Source of the DNA: Bacteroidota bacterium
GTDB taxonomy: Bacteria; Bacteroidota; Ignavibacteria; UBA10030; UBA6906
NCBI GenBank assembly: GCA_041493205.1
Contig: JBGPYM010000001.1
Coordinates: 1-49,971, forward strand
DNA: 49,971 nucleotides
Direction of reading: 5' to 3'
Part shown: positions 37,521-45,250 of the stretch, one piece after another
How the letters are laid out: every line of letters starts with the position of its first letter
How positions within the stretch are numbered: the stretch's first letter is position 1
Program-made: the position numbers and the translations under genes
Notes under the pieces: model-generated
What the model saw: only the letters and a program-made list of their open reading frames with translations
Database searches by the model: none
Told to the model about the DNA's origin: nothing

Positions 37521-38619
37521 AGTCCGCAACCTGCCCGCGGAAATGTTTGTAGACCGGCGCATCCAGCTGCTGGAACCTGCGCTGATATTCCGATTGCGCA
37601 ACCGCATTCTGCCAGTGTCCGGAGAGCATCGCAAGTCCGGTCACGGCGACAAACGTTCCCACGACCAGGGCGCCCAACGCCCAGGAAGGTACCGGGGTCG
37701 CACGCGGTGAGAATTTCATGGCAAGTGTGTTTTTCACCGGACAGGCCTCGACGCACGCCATGCAACTTGTGCATTCATCGCTCCAGACCCTCGTCGCCGT
37801 ATGCACGGTGATGCCGGAGGGACATGCTTTCGAGCAGAGCGCGCAATCGATGCACGTGGCACTGGTCCGCGTGATCTTGAGCGGGCTGAGCCAGCCTGCG
37901 ATGCCGAGCAGGGCGCCGTACGGACAGAGGAACCTGCACCAGAAATTCTTGATGACGACGGACAGGAGCATCAGTATGATAATGGTCCAGAGGGCGAAAG
38001 AAGAGATCTGTGCAAAGAAGAGATACATCTTTATGTCCGCCACCTTATTATACGGACTGTAAATGAAGTTCTCAAGGCCCCGCACATCCATTGCCAGAAC
38101 GGACCAGAGAAAGAACCCGAGGAGCAGGTACTTGAGAGACCGGAGGGGAGCGTCCAGCCAGCGTGGGAGAGTCAGGTTCCTTTTGAAGATTCTTTTCCCC
38201 AGGAGCCAGAGGGATTCGCTCAACGTGCCGACCGGGCAGAGCCAGCTGCAGAACGACTTCTTCAGAGCCACGCTGGCGAGGGCAATCGCCGCAAGAATGA
38301 AGAGACCCGACGGATGGACCGCGTTGATGATCCCGGTTTGAAAGAAGTATTTGAGACTGATCAGCCCGCTGATGGGGAGGAAACCTTCGACGCCGGGGGG
38401 GCGCGGGACGAATGGCTCCTCCCCGCCGGAAATGCCCCACCGCATAAAGAGGTGAAACTCAATGCCGATCCAGAGGAGGAGGAGCACGAATGCGAGCTGC
38501 ACTGCGCTGCGGAGGAATTGCGAATCTTCGCGCAGCCGCCAGAGGAGCCGCCTGTACCAGATTCGTTCGCTCCCGTACGGGTTCAGCCTCCTGCGCAAGG
38601 AAACCGGAATCTTCTTCAT
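37504..38619 (-). CDS. membrane-bound polyferredoxin, NapH/FixG-like (4Fe-4S binding)
   Basis: I trimmed the start to ATG 38619 (MKKIPVSL...). Several TMs. Two CX3CP motifs (CSWLCPVG, CRFLCPYG). Two ferredoxin motifs (CIDCALCSKACP, CTSCMACVEACP). The start overlaps the Rrf2 stop (ATGA). Confidence 0.75.
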   Translation of the reverse strand: MKKIPVSLRRRLNPYGSERIWYRRLLWRLREDSQFLRSAVQLAFVLLLLWIGIEFHLFMRWGISGGEEPFVPRPPGVEGFLPISGLISLKYFFQTGIINAVHPSGLFILAAIALASVALKKSFCSWLCPVGTLSESLWLLGKRIFKRNLTLPRWLDAPLRSLKYLLLGFFLWSVLAMDVRGLENFIYSPYNKVADIKMYLFFAQISSFALWTIIILMLLSVVIKNFWCRFLCPYGALLGIAGWLSPLKITRTSATCIDCALCSKACPSGITVHTATRVWSDECTSCMACVEACPVKNTLAMKFSPRATPVPSWALGALVVGTFVAVTGLAMLSGHWQNAVAQSEYQRRFQQLDAPVYKHFRGQVADYGPND

Positions 38620-39044
38620 TGGTACTCCTTCTTCTTCATCTCCCCTGCCATCTGCCCGATGTTCCTGCTGACGAGCATCGCATAGATGCCCTCGCGGAGG
38701 CCGGCCCATTTATCGTGAACGGCGCACGGATTTTTTCCCGAGCACTCCGGAAATCCCATGACACACTGCTGGGTGAAATCGACGCCGTCGACCGCCTCGA
38801 TAATATGAAAGAGTGTCATCTCCTTTGCAGGCATTGCCAGCCCGAAGCCGCCGGTGGGGCCCCTCAGCGAGGTCAGAAGTCCCTTCCGGCTGAGACGCTG
38901 CAGTATTTTTGCCAGGAAATGATGCGGGATCCGGAGCTTCCCGGCAAGCTCTTTGATGGATGTGAGCTCCCCATCTTTCTTGAGGGCGAGAAACGTGACC
39001 GCCTGGAGGGCGTACTCACACTGCCGGCTGAATATCAGGCTCAT
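38616..39044 (-). CDS. Rrf2-family transcriptional regulator with Fe-S cluster cysteines (IscR/NsrR-like)
   Basis: 142 aa. N-terminal winged HTH (YALQAVTFLA...SIKELAGKLRIPHHFLAKILQRLSRKGLL). Cys-X6-Cys-X5-Cys (QQCVMGFPECSGKNPC) sits at the position of the cluster ligands of IscR/NsrR. Confidence 0.85.
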   Translation of the reverse strand: MSLIFSRQCEYALQAVTFLALKKDGELTSIKELAGKLRIPHHFLAKILQRLSRKGLLTSLRGPTGGFGLAMPAKEMTLFHIIEAVDGVDFTQQCVMGFPECSGKNPCAVHDKWAGLREGIYAMLVSRNIGQMAGEMKKKEYQ

Positions 39045-39055
39045 GGAATAATATC

Positions 39056-39099
39056 AGACTTATTAGTCTTAAATTAACAACTCAACAAGAAAAAGTCAA
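39056..39099 (-). promoter_or_regulatory. candidate promoter plus palindromic operator for the Rrf2-led operon
   Basis: On the minus strand: TTGACT (complement of 39094-39099), a 17-nt spacer and TAATTT (complement of 39071-39076). It is followed by the AT-rich imperfect palindrome AGACTTATTAGTCT (39056-39069, 12 of 14 positions symmetric), about 12 nt upstream of the Rrf2 ATG. Confidence 0.4.
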
Positions 39100-39188
39100 G
39101 TGAAATAATCGCGGGAATGGAGGGTGAAATTGCCTTTCGGAGGGCCGGAAATCCTTGCGGTTATGGACCAGAGTGAGTAAGATGATCC

Positions 39189-40298
39189 ATGATCCGGTTT
39201 GACAGGAATGAGTTTTCGGGGGCTTTCGGCGATATCGGGACGGACCTTCCGCTCCTCGTCGGCATGATACTGGCGTCGGGTCTCGACGCCGGGGGGGTGC
39301 TGATTGTCTATGGGTTAATGCAGATCGCCACTGCACTCGTGTACGGCATTCCGATGCCGGTGCAGCCGTTGAAAGCGGTTGCCACCCTGGTGATCGCACA
39401 GAAAATTGCGGGACCGGTCGTGCTGGGCGCAGGCCTTGCAATCGGCATTGTCATGCTGCTCCTGACGGTCACCGGCCTGCTCCAGTGGCTGGCCAACAGC
39501 ATTCCGCGTTCCGTCGTTCGCGGGATTCAGTTCGGCCTCGGTCTGCAGCTTTCGCTCCTCTCCCTCACCAACTATATACAGTCCGGAGGGGTGACGGGAT
39601 ACATACTGGCGGCGGTGGCGTTCGCCATCACGGTGCTCCTTCTCGGCAACCGGCGGTTTCCCCCAGCGCTCTTTGTCATCGGCCTCGGCGTTGTGTATGC
39701 GACCATCGCGCACTATGACCCGGCAGCCCTGGCCTCGAGTTTCGGTCTTTCCTTCCCGGCGTTCACGGTTCCTTCGACCGCCGACATCGGCACCGGGCTC
39801 GTGCTCCTTGCCCTCCCGCAGATCCCGCTCTCCTTCGGCAATTCGATCCTGGCAACCCAGCGGATTGCAGCAGATTATTTCCCCGAGTCGCGGATCACCA
39901 TCCCGCGGATTGGCTTGACGTATTCGCTGATGAACCTCGTTGCACCGTTCTTCGGCGGGGTGCCCGTCTGTCACGGTTCGGGAGGGATGGCGGGGCATTA
40001 CGCGTTCGGTGCACGGACGGGGGGATCCGTCGTGATCTACGGCGGGATGTACATCATTCTCGGACTCTGCTTCGGTCCGGGGTTCACGTCACTTATCCAC
40101 GTCTTCCCTCTGCCGCTGCTCGGCGTCATCCTGCTCTTTGAGGGAGCCGCACTTATTCGTCTGCTGGCTGACACGGTCCCGGTCAGGGCTCATCTGGGAA
40201 CGGCGGTCCTGGTCGGTCTCCTGTGCGTGGGTTTGCCCTACGGCTATCTCGTCGGCCTGGTGATCGGCACGATCCTCGCCCGCGTCCTGAGGGAATAG
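39189..40298 (+). CDS. MOT-family putative molybdate/sulfate transporter
   Basis: 369 aa, polytopic. It carries the two family-typical motifs FSGAFGDIGTDLPLL and VCHGSGGMAGHYAFGARTGG, as in eukaryotic MOT1/MOT2-type transporters. Confidence 0.7.
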   Translation: MIRFDRNEFSGAFGDIGTDLPLLVGMILASGLDAGGVLIVYGLMQIATALVYGIPMPVQPLKAVATLVIAQKIAGPVVLGAGLAIGIVMLLLTVTGLLQWLANSIPRSVVRGIQFGLGLQLSLLSLTNYIQSGGVTGYILAAVAFAITVLLLGNRRFPPALFVIGLGVVYATIAHYDPAALASSFGLSFPAFTVPSTADIGTGLVLLALPQIPLSFGNSILATQRIAADYFPESRITIPRIGLTYSLMNLVAPFFGGVPVCHGSGGMAGHYAFGARTGGSVVIYGGMYIILGLCFGPGFTSLIHVFPLPLLGVILLFEGAALIRLLADTVPVRAHLGTAVLVGLLCVGLPYGYLVGLVIGTILARVLRE

Positions 40299-40305
40299 AC
40301 CTTCT

Positions 40306-41562
40306 CTACACCTGCAATCCCATCCGTTCTTTCCCCGTCTCCGCGAACACCGTACGGAGGACCTTCTCTTCGACCCCGGAGAGCTCGATCTTCCTTCGCC
40401 CCATGACCCTCCGGGCGACCTCCAGTGCCTTGTCCAGATCGTAGGTGCTCAACCCTTCGGCCCCTCCCCATGCGAAGGACGGAATGCTCTTCGGGGGGAA
40501 CCCGCTCCCGAAGACGTTGCTCGAGACGCCGACGACCGTCCCGGTGTTGAACATCGAATTGATCGAGCTCTTGGAATGGTCACCCATGACCAGTCCCATG
40601 AACATCGAACCGGTGTCAACGGTGTTCCCGTCGATCACCATCTTCACGTTGCCGTAATTGTTTTTCAGATCGCTGTTGTTGGTGTCAGCGCCCAGGTTCA
40701 CCCACATGCCGAGGTACGCATGACCGAGAAACCCGTCATGCTGCTTGTTGGAGTACGCATGAATGATGGCGCCCTCCACCTCTCCGCCCACCTTGCAGAC
40801 TTCGCCGATGCTGGTCTGCTCATAGATCTTGGCGCCGATCTTGATGAGCGTCCGGTCGCCGATGAATGTCGGCCCTTCGATGACGGCGTTGGGGAATACC
40901 GTCACATTCCTGCCGATGTAAATCGGTCCGTTCTCGGCATCCAGGACGGCGCCCGTCTTGATCTTCGACCCTTCGCCGATCACGATGGCACCGGGGTTGA
41001 TCAGGTGCGCCCCTTCGTAGACCGTGCCCGCCATGCGGCGGGACGGTTCCGGAGCGAGGAGGGCACAGTCCGCGGTGATCTCATCCCCGTTGTGATGAAT
41101 CAGATCCCAGGGGTACCCGATCGCCGTTACGTTCACGGTCGTCACCGGAAGCGCACCGAATGTCCGGGGGGTCAGGACGTCGGGCAGGTCGTTCCTGACC
41201 GTATCGAGTGCCCGTCCGCTGACGCGCGCTGCAACGAGAGTCTCCCCCGTTACAAAGAGCCCGTCGGGTCCGTCCGGCGGCAGGAGGGTGGCCAGGTTTC
41301 CCGCGGCCAGGACGCGTCCGTTGATGAACAGACACCGGTCCCCCTCCACCCTGTTCACGGGAATGCCGGGATTCTGCTGCTCCACAAGTTTACCGAGATA
41401 CCCGCGGGTGTGCAGATGAACGCGGGCGCCGGGGAACGACCGTTCTATTTTTCCGCGGAGCGTAAGAATGCCGCACCGCAGGTCGTACACCGGCCGCACA
41501 TAGACCAGGGGGAGGAGCCGGCGGTGGAATTCGTCCTCAAAGATGCAGATGCTCTGGGTCAT
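40306..41562 (-). CDS. putative sugar nucleotidyltransferase / acyltransferase, 'alternative bacterial GlmU'-like (left-handed beta-helix)
   Basis: 418 aa. The N-terminus ICIFEDEFHRRLLPLVYVRPVYDLRCGILTL is typical of this family. The C-terminal half consists of hexapeptide repeats ([LIV]G..). Confidence 0.65.
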   Translation of the reverse strand: MTQSICIFEDEFHRRLLPLVYVRPVYDLRCGILTLRGKIERSFPGARVHLHTRGYLGKLVEQQNPGIPVNRVEGDRCLFINGRVLAAGNLATLLPPDGPDGLFVTGETLVAARVSGRALDTVRNDLPDVLTPRTFGALPVTTVNVTAIGYPWDLIHHNGDEITADCALLAPEPSRRMAGTVYEGAHLINPGAIVIGEGSKIKTGAVLDAENGPIYIGRNVTVFPNAVIEGPTFIGDRTLIKIGAKIYEQTSIGEVCKVGGEVEGAIIHAYSNKQHDGFLGHAYLGMWVNLGADTNNSDLKNNYGNVKMVIDGNTVDTGSMFMGLVMGDHSKSSINSMFNTGTVVGVSSNVFGSGFPPKSIPSFAWGGAEGLSTYDLDKALEVARRVMGRRKIELSGVEEKVLRTVFAETGKERMGLQV

Positions 41563-41577
41563 GTCGTCAACGTTGCA

Positions 41578-42345
41578 TTACTCGAAGATTTTGGATTCCC
41601 ACGTATCATTATAGAGACCGGTGAGCTTGGTCGCCGCGGCCTTGTCAAGGAACACGAACGCAAGACGGTGCATCTGTATGATCGATGCGGGGCACATGGC
41701 CGTCAGCGGGCCCTCCACTGCCGCACGGACCGCGTCGGCTTTCCCGGTGCCGTTCGCCACCAGGACCAGCTGCTTCGCGTCCATGATCGTTCCTACCCCC
41801 ATCGTGATCGCATACCGCGGGACTTCCTCTTTCGTCTTGAAGAACCGTGCGTTGTCCATGCGCGTCGTCCCCGTCAGGGTTTTGATGCGCGTCCGGGAGC
41901 CGAGCGACGACCCCGGTTCGTTGAAGGCGATATGGCCGTTGGCGCCGATCCCGAGCACCTGCAGGTCGATGCCACCAACCTCGCGCATGCGTGATTCGTA
42001 CCAGTCGCAGAAAAGATCGATGTCTTTCGCCATTCCCTGGGGCACATGAATGTGCCGGGGATCGATGTTGATGTGCTTGAAGAGGTTCTCCTGCATGAAG
42101 AAGTGATAGCTCTGATCATGGGACGGCTGCAGGCCGACGTATTCGTCAAGATTAAACGTCGTGATCTTCGAAAAATCGAGACCCTCGTCCCTGTACATGC
42201 GGATCAGCTCCTTGTACATCCCGAGCGGGGAGCTGCCGGTGGCGAGGCCAAGAACAAGGTTGGGTTTCCTGCGGATGCGGTCAGCAACGAGCCGGGCAGC
42301 TTCCCTGCTCATGGCATCATAGTTTTCCAGTACGGTGACTAGCAC
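41578..42345 (-). CDS. nagB: glucosamine-6-phosphate deaminase
   Basis: 255 aa. LGLATGSSP, FNLDEY, DLQVLGIGANGHIAFNEPGS and TMGVGTI motifs. Confidence 0.9.
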   Translation of the reverse strand: MLVTVLENYDAMSREAARLVADRIRRKPNLVLGLATGSSPLGMYKELIRMYRDEGLDFSKITTFNLDEYVGLQPSHDQSYHFFMQENLFKHINIDPRHIHVPQGMAKDIDLFCDWYESRMREVGGIDLQVLGIGANGHIAFNEPGSSLGSRTRIKTLTGTTRMDNARFFKTKEEVPRYAITMGVGTIMDAKQLVLVANGTGKADAVRAAVEGPLTAMCPASIIQMHRLAFVFLDKAAATKLTGLYNDTWESKIFE

Positions 42346-42490
42346 GGTGTTTGCTCCGGGTTGGTGTGAACATGGGGTTGAACAGCGGGACGGCCGGAAG
42401 TGAACGTACGAAGGGGATTCATGAAAGGCAATGGATCTCGGTACGATGGTTGCAAAAGTCTGCAGATTTCCTTAGATTTTTTGGTGTACC

Positions 42491-42561
42491 GCGGGGCTAG
42501 TTGAGCGGTTCAACGCGAGCTTCCCAAGCTTGAAAGACGGGTTCAACTCCCGTGCCCCGCT
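42491..42561 (+). tRNA. tRNA-Gly (anticodon CCC)
   Basis: Hand-folded cloverleaf. Acceptor GCGGGGC/GCCCCGC. U8. D arm GTTG-AGCGGTT-CAAC. Anticodon arm CGAGC-TTCCCAA-GCTTG, with CCC at 42523-42525. T arm ACGGG-TTCAACT-CCCGT. Discriminator T. CCA is not encoded. Confidence 0.85.
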
Positions 42562-42721
42562 CTCCAGACGACAACGACACCCGGGTCCACCGCTCATTGC
42601 CCCCCTCTGTCCTCCCCGGCCACACCCGTTTGCGATGGATGAAACAAGCGCCGCCTGCATCCGTTTAAAGAATACTAAGGCCTCTTCGATTTCTCTCCCA
42701 CCACGCGGAGGAGTTACGCCC

Positions 42722-44764
42722 ATGAAACAACTCGCTGCACTGCTGCTTTCCGCTCTGCTTGCCGCCTGTACTGCCCTCAGCCAGCCGTCACGCGCATCGG
42801 ACGGAGCTGATCCACTTCGCTCGCACATCGACACCACGGTTGCACCCGGCATGGACTTCTTCCAGTATGCCAACGGCCGATGGTTCAGGGAACACCCCAT
42901 TCCTCCGAGCGAACCGAGCAACGGATTATGGCAGGTCATTCAGGACACGATCAACGCGCAGATCCGGAATCTGTGCGAGACCTCGGCGGCGCAGCCCGGC
43001 TACCCGAAAGGGAGCAACCGTCAGAAGATCGGCGATTTTTTTATTTCGGGGATGGACAGTGTCTCCCTGAATGCGCGGGGAATTGAAGACCTCCGCAGCG
43101 ACCTTGCGATGATCGATGGGGTGCACGACCTGGCCGGCGTTGCCCGCGCCGCCGCCTTTGTTCATGCGGTGTCCGGATCCCCGCTGTTTGGGTTCAGCGT
43201 GGGACAGGACGACAGGATCAGCAGCAAGAATGCGATATTCATCTGGCAGGGCGGCCTGAGCATGCCCGACCGGAGGTTTTATGTCGATCCTGATTCTTCC
43301 GCCGCCGCCATCCGTGCGAAGTTCGTGTCCCATTGCGAACGCATGCTTGCTATCGCCGGCTACGGGAACATCCGGGCCGCGGCGTCCGCCCGGAGGCTGA
43401 TGGCGCTGGAAACGGCCATAGCGAAAGCATCGCGCAAACGCGAGGACACGCGCGATCCGCTGAAGAACTACAACAAGATGCCCGTGCGCGACCTCTACGC
43501 ACTCACTCCACATTTTGACTGGACGGTCTTCATGGAGGGGGCAGGGATTCATGGCGTCGATACCGTCATCGTGGGGCAACCCGAGTACCTGACGTCCCTC
43601 GACGGCTTGCTGGGCTCATTGACGATCGGCGACTGGAAGACCTACCTCACCTACCAGTTCATCCGCGGGCTCGCCCGGTACCTGGACGACAAAGCGTACC
43701 AGGAGTCGTTTGCGTTCTACTCCACGGTGCTCTCCGGCACGCCCGAGCCGAAGTCGCGCTGGAAACGGGTCGTCGAGAGGACGGACGCGTCGCTTGGCGA
43801 GCTGACCGGACAGGTCTATGCAGCCGAGTATCTGCCGCCGGGGACGAAAGACAAGCTGCGTGAAATAGGAGAGGCGATCAGGAAGGCCTATGCCGACCGT
43901 ATCGCCCAGCTCGATTGGATGAGTGCTGCGACCAAACAGCGGGCGCTGCAGAAGCTCTCCACCGTCATCATGAAGGTCGGGTACCCCGACCATTGGAAGG
44001 ACATGCGCAGCGTCCAGATTGACCGCTCGTCGTACGTGCGCAATGAAATGGCCGCCCGCCGTTGGCGTTTCAACACCATGATCGCCAAATTCGGCAAACC
44101 GGTGGACCGCACGGAATGGGTGATGACCCCCCAGACCTATAACGCGTACTACAATCCTTCCAACAACGAGATTGTCGTTCCGGGCTGCAACGTCATCCTG
44201 CCGGGGTACGAACACACCCTCGCGGACGACGGGCTGCTCTATGCCGTGGTCGGAGGATCGACATTCGGGCACGAGCTCACGCACGGATTCGACGACCAGG
44301 GGTGCAAGTACGATGATCAGGGAAATCTGAACAACTGGTGGACGCAGGAGGACAGCGCGAAGTTTGTTGAGAAGACGCGGATGATCGTCGAGCAGTTCGA
44401 CGGGTACGTCGCCGTGGATACCCTCCACATTAACGGTGACCTCACGCAGGGGGAAAATATCGCGGACCTCGGCGGGATCATGACGGGACTCGATGCGTTC
44501 AAGGGTACCGCCCAGTACAAGAACAGGCAGACCATTGCAGGACTGACGCCCGAGCAGCGGTATTTCCTCGGCTTTGCCCTGGCGTGGATGGTGAATCAGC
44601 GGCCGGAGTCTATTGCGAGCCAGGTGCGCAGCAACGAACATGCGCCGCCGAAATTCCGCGTCCTCGGACCCCTCTCCAATATGCCGGAATTCTATGAATC
44701 CTTCGGCGTGAAACCCGGTGATGCCATGTGGCGGCCCGAGACAAAGCGCGTGAAAATCTGGTAG
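42722..44764 (+). CDS. M13-family zinc metallopeptidase (PepO / neprilysin-like), lipoprotein
   Basis: I trimmed the start to ATG 42722, because the track ORF start at 42530 lies inside the tRNA. Lipobox-like LLAAC. HELTHGFD zinc site, GENIADLGG (ENxADxGG), and a C-terminal ...RVKIW. Confidence 0.9.
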   Translation: MKQLAALLLSALLAACTALSQPSRASDGADPLRSHIDTTVAPGMDFFQYANGRWFREHPIPPSEPSNGLWQVIQDTINAQIRNLCETSAAQPGYPKGSNRQKIGDFFISGMDSVSLNARGIEDLRSDLAMIDGVHDLAGVARAAAFVHAVSGSPLFGFSVGQDDRISSKNAIFIWQGGLSMPDRRFYVDPDSSAAAIRAKFVSHCERMLAIAGYGNIRAAASARRLMALETAIAKASRKREDTRDPLKNYNKMPVRDLYALTPHFDWTVFMEGAGIHGVDTVIVGQPEYLTSLDGLLGSLTIGDWKTYLTYQFIRGLARYLDDKAYQESFAFYSTVLSGTPEPKSRWKRVVERTDASLGELTGQVYAAEYLPPGTKDKLREIGEAIRKAYADRIAQLDWMSAATKQRALQKLSTVIMKVGYPDHWKDMRSVQIDRSSYVRNEMAARRWRFNTMIAKFGKPVDRTEWVMTPQTYNAYYNPSNNEIVVPGCNVILPGYEHTLADDGLLYAVVGGSTFGHELTHGFDDQGCKYDDQGNLNNWWTQEDSAKFVEKTRMIVEQFDGYVAVDTLHINGDLTQGENIADLGGIMTGLDAFKGTAQYKNRQTIAGLTPEQRYFLGFALAWMVNQRPESIASQVRSNEHAPPKFRVLGPLSNMPEFYESFGVKPGDAMWRPETKRVKIW

Positions 44765-44789
44765 GTCCGGCGGTGGAACGCGCCGGACC
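44764..44789. terminator. hairpin between convergent genes
   Basis: GGTCCGGCG (44764-44772) pairs perfectly with CGCCGGACC (44781-44789), with an 8-nt loop. There is no U-tract on either strand. Confidence 0.35.
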
Positions 44790-44794
44790 TGCGT

Positions 44795-45211
44795 TCAGGG
44801 CGCCCGCGGGCCGGTCGGGGTCCCGAACGCCCTGATGGTTTCGTCGTTCAGCAGCGCCCAGATCGTATAAACGCCGAGGACCGTGCCGAGAGGAATGTGC
44901 GCCAGGTTGAAAAATGAAACGACGAGCACCACGATCCTCCCCCACTCCTTCCGCTTCAGGACTGCGATCCCGCCGATGATCCCGACGATGGACACGACGA
45001 ACATCAGCGTCGCGATCAGCGCCAGGAGGAAGGGAACGATATCCAGAATCTCAAACGGCACGTCATGCATGTTCACGGCGCCCGTCCGCATAAGGAATTG
45101 AAACAGGCGGGTGAATCCCGCGGCAAGTGCGAAGAGCACGAATGCCCCGAGGAGGGTAAATGCACGATAGGCGATATTGAGAACACCCACGAGTGTAATA
45201 TGCTTTTCCAT
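44795..45211 (-). CDS. hypothetical small integral membrane protein (about 4 TM)
   Basis: 138 aa, strongly hydrophobic, with coding-like composition. No recognisable motif. Confidence 0.55.
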   Translation of the reverse strand: MEKHITLVGVLNIAYRAFTLLGAFVLFALAAGFTRLFQFLMRTGAVNMHDVPFEILDIVPFLLALIATLMFVVSIVGIIGGIAVLKRKEWGRIVVLVVSFFNLAHIPLGTVLGVYTIWALLNDETIRAFGTPTGPRAP

Positions 45212-45250
45212 GGTGATTGACCTCTGTCGCTCGTTAAGAGAAGACGGTTG

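Noticed and set aside
40576-41994. A 472-aa plus-strand ORF spanning the GlmU-like gene and nagB.
   Set aside because: It lies antisense to two well-supported genes and crosses their intergenic spacer. Its composition is dominated by R/D/H/G/V and it has no recognisable domain.
42562-42721. A genomic island or integration site next to the tRNA-Gly gene.
   Set aside because: There is no integrase, no direct repeat of the tRNA 3' end and no compositional break. The flanking genes (nagB, M13 peptidase) are ordinary chromosomal genes.
42472-42939. A 155-aa minus-strand ORF, together with the 42530-42721 N-terminal extension of the peptidase ORF.
   Set aside because: Both overlap the tRNA-Gly gene. 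The peptidase has a proper lipoprotein signal starting at ATG 42722.
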